Below are positions 37,615 to 46,075 of a stretch of 64,000 nt of DNA, in pieces (positions within the stretch are counted from its first letter, which is position 1; every line of letters begins with the position of its first letter). The notes under the pieces were generated by a model. It did no database searches, was not told the origin of the DNA, and saw only the letters and a list, made by a program, of their open reading frames with translations. The stretch is taken from NCBI GenBank assembly GCA_964608285.1, contig CAZSNB010000007.1, forward strand, positions 4,535 through 68,534. The letters run 5' to 3'. The DNA is from an uncultured Bifidobacterium sp. Its GTDB lineage: Bacteria; Actinomycetota; Acidimicrobiia; Acidimicrobiales; Ilumatobacteraceae. Both the position numbers and the translations under genes were made by a program.

Positions 37615-38865
37615 TCAGTTGCCCAGGTCGTCGAGCCGCATGTACTCGACGGGTCGGGCAATCTGGTTGGTGCCGTCCTCGGCGAACGAGAGGAACATCC
37701 CCGACTCCGGGGCCAGGTCGTCGCGGTCCACGATCTGGAAGTACTCCCGCAGGTCCGGCCAGGCGACATCGGGCATCTGCTGACCGAGGATCCAGTGACC
37801 GCCCTCCTGGGCCACCCCGATGACGTCGCTGTTCGCCGCCATGGCCCCTGCCGCCCCGGCGATGGTCATGTTCCAGGCGGCCTCGGCCCTCTGTCGGTGC
37901 TCGGCCACGATGTGCCGGGCCGTCTCGATGGCGGAGTTGTGGTCCTCGATGGCATCGATGTCGGTGTTCAGCCAGATGTCCTCGGCATTGTCCACGGCGT
38001 CCTGCGTGAGGGCGATGTAGGTCTTGGCGGGGTCGTGGTAGTACCACGACGCGGCGAACGAACCGGCGCCGATGAGCACGGCCCACAGTCCGAAAGCGAA
38101 GCCGATGAGCGGGGACTCCTCGACCGAGCGATAGATGGTGATCGCCACTCCGGCGGTTGCCGATGCCGTCATGAAGCCGTACATCACCTTGCGGTTGAGG
38201 GCCCGGCTGCGGTCGTCGAGACCGAACACCGCCTCGACGACGCGTTGGGACTCGTCCTCCTCGAACTCGAGGCTCTTCATCACGGACTCGCGACGCAGGT
38301 CCTCGCCCATCTTGCCGAGCACCACGACCGAGGCACCCACGGCGAGAGCCATGATGGCCGCGACGAAGGGGGATTCTCCGCCGTAGGTGAGCGCGAGCGT
38401 CATGCCCGCGGCGTCACCGAGGAGGAAGAGGGTTATCCACAGGTTCTTGCCGGTCCCACCGCTGAAGCGCACGTGCGGGCCGAGGATGCGCTGGGCCTCG
38501 GCGTGCCGCTTGAGGGCCGCCTGATAGCTCTCGAGCATGATGCGGCGGGCCTTGGCCTGCTGCACCGCCTCGAAGCGGCGGGCCCGGGACTCGGCGAGGA
38601 TCTCGCGCACCGCGGCGTGGGCATTGGCCGCGTACTCGGCCACTTGGGCGCGCCCCTCCGCGAGGAACTGGGCACAAATGTGGAGAACGCTGTTCTCCTT
38701 GAGTTGCACTTCCTGGCCGTCCTGGGCGCGGGGAACGATCCTGATTCCCCATCCGGCCTCGATGGGGTCACGGTTGAAACTGGCCTCGACGGTGCGCCGG
38801 GTGGGCGCAGTGGCGGACGAACCGCCCGTCCCCCACTCCTGCTTCCGCTTGTTGAACCCGAACAT
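37615..38865 (-). CDS. Four-TM membrane protein with large soluble N- and C-terminal regions, no recognised family
   Basis: ATG preceded by GGGAGG. Two helical hairpins (LWITLFLLGDAAGMTLALTY / FVAAIMALAVGASVVVLG and VMYGFMTASATAGVAITIY / LIGFAFGLWAVLIGAGSFAASWYY) are separated by an acidic loop. ~130-aa helical N-terminus, ~140-aa C-terminus. Confidence 0.6.
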   Translation of the reverse strand: MFGFNKRKQEWGTGGSSATAPTRRTVEASFNRDPIEAGWGIRIVPRAQDGQEVQLKENSVLHICAQFLAEGRAQVAEYAANAHAAVREILAESRARRFEAVQQAKARRIMLESYQAALKRHAEAQRILGPHVRFSGGTGKNLWITLFLLGDAAGMTLALTYGGESPFVAAIMALAVGASVVVLGKMGEDLRRESVMKSLEFEEDESQRVVEAVFGLDDRSRALNRKVMYGFMTASATAGVAITIYRSVEESPLIGFAFGLWAVLIGAGSFAASWYYHDPAKTYIALTQDAVDNAEDIWLNTDIDAIEDHNSAIETARHIVAEHRQRAEAAWNMTIAGAAGAMAANSDVIGVAQEGGHWILGQQMPDVAWPDLREYFQIVDRDDLAPESGMFLSFAEDGTNQIARPVEYMRLDDLGN

Positions 38866-38906
38866 CCGTGGCCTCCCAATAGGTTGTCCACACTACAGCC
38901 TGTGGA

Positions 38907-39665
38907 TTACGAGACAACAGTGGTGAACACGCTGCAGAGAGCCCCGGTCTTGCCGCAAATCGCAGCGCTGTAATTCTGGACGAGCTGGATGAAATCCTGC
39001 GGGGGCTGGACCTCCACGGCCACTCGGCCGATCCCGTAGAGCTTCACCTCGGCCCCCTGCAGCCCCGGCACGGTCTGTTCGGACACGAGGCGGTCGACCG
39101 TGGTCTGGTCGAGCTTGGCGTTGTTCATGACGATGGCGCCGGAGGTCGAGATGCCGTCGGTGTAGATGTGCGCGCTCACGGACTTTCCCGCCCCCTTGCC
39201 CGTGACGAGGTCGGAGAGCAGATAGAAGCCCCCGATGAGGTCGCTGTTGTCGGGAGAAAGCCGTCCGAGCGCGGTCTGCAGGTTCGTCCGCAGTTCCTCC
39301 ATCGCCTTCTCGACCGCCTCGGGGATCTTGCGGTCCTTGCCGATCTCCGTGGCGCCAGCCACGGGGATGGCACCCGAGAAGAGGACGTCGGAGGACGAGG
39401 ACGGTCCGGCCCATGCGACCACGACGAGTTCGCCGTCGCAATCGGCCACCCTCTCGGCGTCAATCTGGACGGCGTTGAGCCGCTCGGTGAGGATGGTCTC
39501 ATCGCGTCCGCTCGCCGAGATGTCGAGCAGGGAGATCTGCAGGAGCGGGGTCTCGGGACACTCGAAATCGAATGCTCCGACCCCGGCACCACCTTCGGCG
39601 CACGCCGAGGAGGTCAGCACCAGGACGGAGAGTGCGAGGAGACGCGGAAAGGAAGGCTTCTTCAT
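38907..39665 (-). CDS. Lipoprotein with vWA/MIDAS-like domain
   Basis: Start trimmed to MKKPSFPRLLALSVLVLTSSAC (lipobox). ISLLDISASG (D-x-S-x-S) and AHIYTDGIS resemble MIDAS elements of a von Willebrand A fold. Confidence 0.6.
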   Translation of the reverse strand: MKKPSFPRLLALSVLVLTSSACAEGGAGVGAFDFECPETPLLQISLLDISASGRDETILTERLNAVQIDAERVADCDGELVVVAWAGPSSSSDVLFSGAIPVAGATEIGKDRKIPEAVEKAMEELRTNLQTALGRLSPDNSDLIGGFYLLSDLVTGKGAGKSVSAHIYTDGISTSGAIVMNNAKLDQTTVDRLVSEQTVPGLQGAEVKLYGIGRVAVEVQPPQDFIQLVQNYSAAICGKTGALCSVFTTVVS

Positions 39666-39700
39666 GACGAGGTCCGTGGATCGGTTGATCGAAGGAGCGA

Positions 39701-40444
39701 TCAACGGCCCTTCCACACGGGAGGACGCTTCTCGGCGAAGGCACGGGCACCCTCCTTGGCGTCCTCGCTGCCGAAGACCTTGCCGTACCACTCGCCGGCG
39801 ACCGATCCGTCCGCCGGCGGGATCTCGGAGACCATGAGCTTCTTCGTCGCCTGGACCGCGAGCGGACCGTTGGCGGTGATGCGCGCGGCGAGAGCCGCAG
39901 CCGCCGGCAGCACCTCGGCGGCGGGAACGACCTGGTTGATGAGACCGAGTGCCAGGGCGCGATGCGCGTCGATGGGGTCACCGGTGAGTCCCATCTCGAG
40001 TGCGATGGCGAGGGGGATGCGCGTGGGGAGCCGGGTGCCGCCACCGGCGGCGAACAGGCCACGCTTCACCTCGGGGATGCCGAACCTGGCGTGCTCGGCG
40101 GCGACGACGAGATCGCACGACATCATCACCTCGAAGCCGCCGGCGAGTGCCTGACCGTTCACCGCGGCGATGAGGGGCTTGCCGAACTCGCGCAGGGCGA
40201 CGAAGGCCTGACCCACGGGAGCGATGTTCTCCCCCGCGGCGAACGCCTTCAGGTCCATGCCCGCGCAGAAAATCTTCTCCCCGGCCCCGGTGAGGATGAC
40301 GGCCCGCACATCGGGATCGGCGGCGGCGGATGCGAGAGCGTCGAGGATGGCCTGACCCAATTCGCCGTTGAGGGCGTTGCCGGCCTCGGGTCGGTTCAGT
40401 GTGACGGTGAGGACGTTGTCGGCGACGGTGGTGATGACGGACAT
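39701..40444 (-). CDS. Enoyl-CoA hydratase/isomerase (crotonase) family
   Basis: LTVTLNRPEAGNAL, VILTGAGEKIFCAGMDLK, AAVNGQALAGGFEV. Confidence 0.9.
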   Translation of the reverse strand: MSVITTVADNVLTVTLNRPEAGNALNGELGQAILDALASAAADPDVRAVILTGAGEKIFCAGMDLKAFAAGENIAPVGQAFVALREFGKPLIAAVNGQALAGGFEVMMSCDLVVAAEHARFGIPEVKRGLFAAGGGTRLPTRIPLAIALEMGLTGDPIDAHRALALGLINQVVPAAEVLPAAAALAARITANGPLAVQATKKLMVSEIPPADGSVAGEWYGKVFGSEDAKEGARAFAEKRPPVWKGR

Positions 40445-40490
40445 CGGGATCCTTTCTCCAGCAGGGAACGACTGTATCCGTCGGGTTGGA

Positions 40491-41351
40491 CTAAAGGTAA
40501 ACCGCGAGGAGGTCGAGCACGAGCACGAGATCGGTGGAGGCGGGCAGACCGAGATCGGGCGAGCCCGCCGACCCGAAGGCCGACATGAACGGCACGCGCA
40601 CCTGGCGTCGGCCGCCCGGTTTCATCCCGGGTATGGATGATACGAATCCGGGGAACGTCTCCCCATCGATGATCTCCATGAAGTACGGCTCGCCGTCGTC
40701 CCATGACGAGTCGATGCGCTCGCCGGTGTCACCGCGATATGCCACGAGATGGAACACCGCCGCGCCCCCGACCTCGGCCGCCGTTCCGTCGCCCGCGACG
40801 AGGTCGGAGATGACGAAATCGTCGACGTTGTCGCCGCCCTCGATCTCGACGTTCGGCTCGTCGGCGAGCGTCGACGCCGGGATCACGAGATCGACGGTGA
40901 TGACGAATGACAGGGCATCCCCCGCGCGGATGACGTCTCCGCGGGGTTCATCCCCGTAGGCCAGGTCGGCCGGGATGTCCAGCTGGCGCACACCGCCCTG
41001 ACGCACCCCGAGGAGGCCCTGGTCCCATCCGGCGATCACACCACCGGCACCGACGCGCACCGGGAAGGGCCGAGAGCCGTAGTTGCCGTCGAAGCGTTCC
41101 CCGTCCTCCGAGCGCACCCCCACGTAGTACACGAGGACCATGTCCCCGGCGGCGGCCTCCCGGCCGGTCCCCACGGTGAGATCGGTGACGACGAGTTCGG
41201 TGGGGAGCGATGCGGGCAGCACCACCTTCGGCTCCTCGACGGCGGCATCGGCGTCCTTCTCTCCCCCTCCGCAGGCTCCGAGGGAGGTCGTGCCGAGCAC
41301 GAGGGCGACGAGAAGAGCGGATGTGCGACGGATCGAACGAGCGGAGGACAT
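40491..41351 (-). CDS. Lipoprotein with two FKBP-type peptidyl-prolyl isomerase domains
   Basis: Lipobox SLGAC. Two copies of the FKBP_C pattern (VYYVGV...GERFD...VIAGWDQGL...G..R.L.IP..LAYG, then a second, more divergent copy). Confidence 0.9.
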   Translation of the reverse strand: MSSARSIRRTSALLVALVLGTTSLGACGGGEKDADAAVEEPKVVLPASLPTELVVTDLTVGTGREAAAGDMVLVYYVGVRSEDGERFDGNYGSRPFPVRVGAGGVIAGWDQGLLGVRQGGVRQLDIPADLAYGDEPRGDVIRAGDALSFVITVDLVIPASTLADEPNVEIEGGDNVDDFVISDLVAGDGTAAEVGGAAVFHLVAYRGDTGERIDSSWDDGEPYFMEIIDGETFPGFVSSIPGMKPGGRRQVRVPFMSAFGSAGSPDLGLPASTDLVLVLDLLAVYL

Positions 41352-41398
41352 CCGTCGAGGCTAGTGGCGGGAGCGACGACGACGGGGTCGCCGGCATG

Positions 41399-42373
41399 TC
41401 AGGTCCCGAGCGCCCCGAGGGCTCCCCGGGATCTCGCCGACTCCATGAAGTCGGGCTCGTAGGCCGACCACGGGTCGGCCCGCACGATTTCGTCGAGCAC
41501 CACCGCATCGTCACCCACGAGGATCCGCCAGCTGCCCGCGACCACCTCGGCGAGGATGCGCGCCGCCGCGTCCGCCGCCGACATGGGCGCGTTGTCGCGG
41601 AATCCCTCCGCCCCGGCTCGCAGCAGCACCCTCAGGTCGTCGTCGGACACCGCCGACAGGTCGGCACCCTGCGCGGCGAACCGCGCGCGCACCGCCTCGA
41701 GGGCGGCGGCGTCCATGTCGTCGGGATCGTTCCCGTGGAGTCGCCCGGAGTTGATGGCGATGTCCGTGCCGATGTGCCCGGGCATCACGACCGCGGCGCG
41801 CAGGGTGGGGGCGGTGAGTCTGAAGTCGGTGATGAGGGCCTCGGTGAAACCCTTCACCGCGAATTTCGCGGCGCTGTAGGCCGTGTGGGAGACCCCAGGA
41901 CCGAGCGACGCCCAGAATCCGTTGATGGAACTCGTGTTGACCACCTGACCGAACGGTGCCGCCAACAGGAGAGGGAGGAAGGCCCGGGTGTTGAGGTACA
42001 CCCCGCTCCAGCAGGTGTTGAACGTCCGCTCCCACTCGGAGCGCGGACTCTCCACGAGGCTGCCGCCTCCCCCCACACCGGCGTTGTTGAAGAGCACGTG
42101 CACGTGGGGGCGCCACGCGGCGACCGCGTCGCGGAACGCCAGCACCTGGGGCTCGTCGGCGACGTCGGCGACGCGGTGAAGCACCTCGCCCGGATTCCCC
42201 GCCTCCGCGCATCGGCGGGCCGTCTCGCGCATCGCGTCCTCCGAGACGTCGCACATCGCGACATCGCATCCCTCGCGGGTGAGTTGCAGGACGAGTTCGC
42301 GTCCCATGCCCGTGCCGCCGCCGGTGACGACTGCGGTCAGTCCCCGGTATCCGTCCTCGAACCTCGTGGTCAT
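41399..42373 (-). CDS. SDR-family oxidoreductase
   Basis: VVTGGGTGMGRE, NNAG, YSAAKFAVKG (Y-x3-K). 324 aa with a C-terminal extension. Confidence 0.85.
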   Translation of the reverse strand: MTTRFEDGYRGLTAVVTGGGTGMGRELVLQLTREGCDVAMCDVSEDAMRETARRCAEAGNPGEVLHRVADVADEPQVLAFRDAVAAWRPHVHVLFNNAGVGGGGSLVESPRSEWERTFNTCWSGVYLNTRAFLPLLLAAPFGQVVNTSSINGFWASLGPGVSHTAYSAAKFAVKGFTEALITDFRLTAPTLRAAVVMPGHIGTDIAINSGRLHGNDPDDMDAAALEAVRARFAAQGADLSAVSDDDLRVLLRAGAEGFRDNAPMSAADAAARILAEVVAGSWRILVGDDAVVLDEIVRADPWSAYEPDFMESARSRGALGALGT

Positions 42374-42441
42374 GTTCCCCCGCTCCCCGTGACTTCGGTG
42401 GCGAGACTAGGTCGTGACGCCGCGCAGGAGACGGGGCAGGG

Positions 42442-42753
42442 TCAGTTGCCGGACTCGGCCCGCTGACGCCACAGATCGAGGGTGCCCTCGGCGATGGCCG
42501 CGCGTGCTGCTTCCACTTCGGGAACGGTCACACGGCCTGTGACGAGGGCCTCTTCGATGTCCCCGCCCACCAGGATGACCGCGGCGAGCAGAACGCCGTT
42601 CGGGGTGAGGTCGGGGGACAACTCGCGCGTGAGGATGTCCGAGCCGGGCGCCGTCGACACGGTGGAATCCGCGGCAGCGTCGCCACCCGATCCGCACGCG
42701 GACAACAGAAGAATCGCCGCGACCGACGAGACGAGGACCGAGCGTCGATTCAC
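42442..42753 (-). CDS. Small lipoprotein (103 aa), hypothetical
   Basis: MNRRSVLVSSVAAILLLSAC lipobox. GTG start overlaps the stop of the upstream gene (GTGA at 42750-42753). Confidence 0.5.
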   Translation of the reverse strand: MNRRSVLVSSVAAILLLSACGSGGDAAADSTVSTAPGSDILTRELSPDLTPNGVLLAAVILVGGDIEEALVTGRVTVPEVEAARAAIAEGTLDLWRQRAESGN

Positions 42754-43571
42754 GGCTTGCCCTTGTCCTTGTCCTTGCCTTTGTCCTTCTCTTTGTCCTT
42801 GCCGGGACCGGAGGACCCCGACCCGGTGGAATCCCCGGCGCCGTCGGTGTCCGTCGTCGTGTCCCCCCGCCGATCACGGGCCCTGTCGGAGATCTTCTGC
42901 TTCTCCTCGCGAAGCCTCTCGGCTTTGTCCCTGGCCTGCTCGGCGATGGCGGCCGCGTTCTCGAGACCCTTGCCCGGACCGTTCAACAACTTTTCCTGGG
43001 CCTTCTCGAGCCGCGCCACCATCTCCTCGCGGAGGGCTTGGAGACGGGCCAACTCGGCCTCCTGCTCCTCCGGGGTCAATCCCGAGAGGGCGGCGATCCG
43101 AGCATCGATGTCGGCGAGAAGGGCATCGGCCTGGGCAATCTGGAGTCGGAAGCCGAGGCCCGTGGCGCACTCGGAGGCATTGTCGGCCGCCTCGCGGCAG
43201 GCCCGGAACTCGGCCTTGATCCGCTCGTAGGCCGCGGCCCACAGCGATGCTGAATCCTCGAGTCCCTCCTCGGCCTCGGTGAGGTTGCCGTCGAGAAGTT
43301 CGCCGAGCGCTTCCCCGTTGCCGATGGCCTCAAGGACGTCCTCGTCGATCAGGCCGTCCTCGATGGCCTCGGCCACGGCCTCGGCGAGTTCCTCGAGCGT
43401 CTCGGACGGCTCGGTCTCCACGTCGAGGAAGGTGAGGGTCTCGTCCACGACCACGGCGGCGAGATCAGCCGATCCGGTCTGGGCACGAACGGAGTCGGCG
43501 ACGAAAGAGGGCCCACCCAGGAGCATTCCTGCCAATGATGCGACGATCAGACGACGGTGTCGGTGGTTCAT
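42750..43571 (-). CDS. Secreted acidic helical (coiled-coil-like) protein with Lys/Asp-rich C-terminal tail, hypothetical
   Basis: Start trimmed to MNHRHRRLIVASLAGMLLGGPSFVADSVRA (signal peptide) after SD GAGGAGG. Long Glu/Ala/Leu-rich helices, two Cys (FRACREAADNASEC). Tail GPGKDKEKDKGKDKDKGKP. Confidence 0.55.
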   Translation of the reverse strand: MNHRHRRLIVASLAGMLLGGPSFVADSVRAQTGSADLAAVVVDETLTFLDVETEPSETLEELAEAVAEAIEDGLIDEDVLEAIGNGEALGELLDGNLTEAEEGLEDSASLWAAAYERIKAEFRACREAADNASECATGLGFRLQIAQADALLADIDARIAALSGLTPEEQEAELARLQALREEMVARLEKAQEKLLNGPGKGLENAAAIAEQARDKAERLREEKQKISDRARDRRGDTTTDTDGAGDSTGSGSSGPGKDKEKDKGKDKDKGKP

Positions 43572-43701
43572 GAGTGTGCCTCCTCGGGGCGGGAAACACC
43601 GCCGAGGCAGTTCTACACCCTGATGGCGGCGGAGAATCGGCGGGTGGGGCAGCCCCGACTCGGGTGGGGACGGCCAGTGCCCGACCCTTGCTCGTATCCG
43701 T

Positions 43702-44643
43702 TCAAGGAACGAGATGCACCTTGATCGAGCCACTGCCCCGGTCCGCGGCGACACGAAACGCCTCCGTCGCGTCGGCGAAGGAGAAGACATGGGTGACGAG
43801 GGCGTCGGTCACCTCGGGATGCGTCGAGAGATGCGCCGCGGATTCCGCGAAGTCATCGTGCCCGGCGTCGTGGGAGTACCCCATGGCCGGTACGACCGAA
43901 ACCTCCTTGAAGAGGAGATCGTTCGACATCGTCACCGGCGTCCAGAACATGCCGTACTCGAGGATCGTCCCGCCCGGGGCGGCCGCCCGGGCACAGGTGT
44001 CGAAGGTCTGCTGGGTGCACACCGCATCGAAGACCCGCGGATAGGCGCCGGCTCCGGGCGCCTCCACGACCCGGGCGCCGAGACGTTCCGCGGCCGCGGC
44101 CTGATGCGCGTGGCGCGCCACGATGTCCACGGCGAGGCCGCGGGCGCGCAGCACGGCCACCGTGAGCAGCCCGATCGAGCCCGCACCGACGACGAGACCC
44201 GTCATCCCCGGTTCCACCCGGGCGCGGCGCACCCCGTGCCACGAGATGGCGAGGGGTTCCACGAGTGCCGCGTCCTCGGGCCGGGCACCGGGCCCCATCG
44301 GGTGGATGCGATCGGGCGTGACCTCGATGTGCTCGGCGAGACCCCCGTCGGCCGCGATGCCGTAGGCGGTGCTCCAACACAGCGGACATCCGGTCTGCAC
44401 GCCGGTCGTGCACGGCACGCACGTGCCGCACTCGCCGGTGGGACGCACCGCCACGAGCCTGCCGTCGGGGAGCCAGCCGCCGAACTCGTGACCGAGCACC
44501 ACCCGGGCGATCCCGACATCCACCATGTGCAGGTCGCTGCCGCAAATGCCGGCGCGGGCGACGCGGAGACGGAACGGACCCTCGGCGGGCGCGTCCATCT
44601 CGACGGCCGTCACCCGTCCGTCGACCACCCGAACGGCCTTCAT
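43702..44643 (-). CDS. Zinc-dependent medium-chain alcohol dehydrogenase/reductase
   Basis: GICGSDLH, GECGTCVPC structural-zinc Cys cluster, GAGSIGL Rossmann. Confidence 0.85.
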   Translation of the reverse strand: MKAVRVVDGRVTAVEMDAPAEGPFRLRVARAGICGSDLHMVDVGIARVVLGHEFGGWLPDGRLVAVRPTGECGTCVPCTTGVQTGCPLCWSTAYGIAADGGLAEHIEVTPDRIHPMGPGARPEDAALVEPLAISWHGVRRARVEPGMTGLVVGAGSIGLLTVAVLRARGLAVDIVARHAHQAAAAERLGARVVEAPGAGAYPRVFDAVCTQQTFDTCARAAAPGGTILEYGMFWTPVTMSNDLLFKEVSVVPAMGYSHDAGHDDFAESAAHLSTHPEVTDALVTHVFSFADATEAFRVAADRGSGSIKVHLVP

Positions 44644-44659
44644 CGGGGACCGGTACCGC

Positions 44660-45880
44660 TCAGGAGAGGATGGACCGATTGATGCGCACCGGGATGTTGC
44701 GCGGACCGCGCACCTGCCCCCCGGCCCACGTCACCCGCGAGGGATCGGCCAGTTCGAAGTCGGGAACACGGGCGAGGAACTCCTCGATGGCCACTCGCAT
44801 CTCCATGCGGGCGAGGTTCGAGCCGGCGCAACGGTGGATGCCGGCACCGAACGCGACGTGCCGATTGTGCTCGCGATCGATGATGACCTTGTCGGCGTCC
44901 GCGAAGACAGAGGGGTCGCGGTTGGCGGCGGGGAACGCCATGAGCACGCGGTCGCCGGCCGACATCGGGCATCCCTTGTACTCGTGGTCCTCCGTGACGA
45001 TGCGCGCCATCGTCACCGGAGAGTACGCGCGGAGGAACTCCTCGACTGCCGACGGGATGAGCTCGGGCTCGCGCAGCAGACGCTCGCGATCCTCGGGGTG
45101 GGTGGCGAGATGCCACAACGACGACCCGATCCCGCTCCACGTCGTGTCGACTCCGGCGATGAGGAGCAGGGCGCACATTCCGAGGATGAGATGGTCCGGG
45201 TAGGGCTCACCGTCGTGGTCGGCCCTGATGAGCTCGCTGATCATGTCGTCGCGCAGTCCGTTCGTGCGGCGGTCCTCGACCTGGGACAGGAAGAAATCGC
45301 GCAGTTCGATGATCGCCGTGCGTCGTCCCTCGGGGTCCGCGACCGCGTTCTCGAGGATCGCGCGCACCCAACCGGTGAACTTGTCGCGCAGGTTCGTCGG
45401 GACGCCGAGCATCGAGGCGATGACCTGCGCCGGGATCTGCTGTGCGTAGTCGACGGCGGCATCGGGGTCGTCCTTCGCGACGAAGCGGTCCATCAGCTCG
45501 CGACACCACGCGCGCGTGAACACCTCGAGTTCGTCCACCGCACGGGGCGAGAAGGACGGCAGCAGCCCGCGTCGGGTGTAGGTGTGCACGGGCGGATCGA
45601 CTCCGATCGGTGCGATGGTGAGGGGCAGGACAGCCTCACCCCCGGCCACCCCCTCCTGCAGGGGCGGGACCACGGAGACGGAGCGCGACGAGAAGTGCTC
45701 GATGTCGCGCGCCATGGCGGTGACGTCCTCGTAGGTGGTGGGCAGCCACGACCCGCCGTACTTGTCGGTGCGGGCCACCGGACACGTGCCGCGCAGCTCG
45801 TCCCAGATCGTGAAGGGATCGCCGATGTACTCGGGATGGAAGATGTCGTACCCGGTCGACCAGTCGATCATGTCCGCCAT
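44660..45880 (-). CDS. Cytochrome P450 monooxygenase (paralog of 6867-8111)
   Basis: FGAGIHRCAGSNLA, LIAGVDTTWSG, VEEFLRAYSP. SD GGGGGAGG precedes the ATG. Collinear protein and DNA similarity to the first P450. Confidence 0.92.
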   Translation of the reverse strand: MADMIDWSTGYDIFHPEYIGDPFTIWDELRGTCPVARTDKYGGSWLPTTYEDVTAMARDIEHFSSRSVSVVPPLQEGVAGGEAVLPLTIAPIGVDPPVHTYTRRGLLPSFSPRAVDELEVFTRAWCRELMDRFVAKDDPDAAVDYAQQIPAQVIASMLGVPTNLRDKFTGWVRAILENAVADPEGRRTAIIELRDFFLSQVEDRRTNGLRDDMISELIRADHDGEPYPDHLILGMCALLLIAGVDTTWSGIGSSLWHLATHPEDRERLLREPELIPSAVEEFLRAYSPVTMARIVTEDHEYKGCPMSAGDRVLMAFPAANRDPSVFADADKVIIDREHNRHVAFGAGIHRCAGSNLARMEMRVAIEEFLARVPDFELADPSRVTWAGGQVRGPRNIPVRINRSILS

Positions 45881-46075
45881 GGATGCCTCCCCCGGTTCGC
45901 GCGACGGAAGTCACCGCCGCTCCCTCTCAGACCCTATTGCCCGGGACCTCCCCGGCGCCGGGTCGGACGGCTCAGCCGACGATGAACGAGGCGTTCCGGT
46001 GGCGGCGCGCCGTGCGCTCGCCGGCGTTCTCGATCCCCCGAGTTCGTCCAGGAGCCGACCGATCCCGGAGAGCCT

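Noticed and set aside
36890-38865. Read the 4-TM protein plus OmpA-like protein as a MotAB/TolQR/ZorAB-type ion-driven stator.
   Set aside because: The single TM helix of the OmpA-like protein (MVVVPMVLLGLVGGGYAAW) has no acidic residue equivalent to the MotB/ZorB Asp. The 4-TM protein's loop and terminus sizes do not match MotA/ExbB topology as I recall it. The analogy is kept only as a hypothesis to test, not as a call.
42757-42810. Short tandem cttgtc/cttgcc hexamer-like DNA repeats, considered as a VNTR or mini CRISPR-like array.
   Set aside because: They lie in frame inside a CDS and encode the KDKEKDKGKDKDKGKP tail. No spacer-repeat architecture is present.
45881-46075. 195-nt gap between ppx and the second P450, checked for a tRNA, sRNA, riboswitch or small ORF.
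   Set aside because: There is no cloverleaf-compatible sequence and no conserved riboswitch core. The ORFs listed there (45883-46248 +, 45934-46194 -) are Arg/Pro-rich and overlap ppx. Most likely this is just the P450 promoter region.
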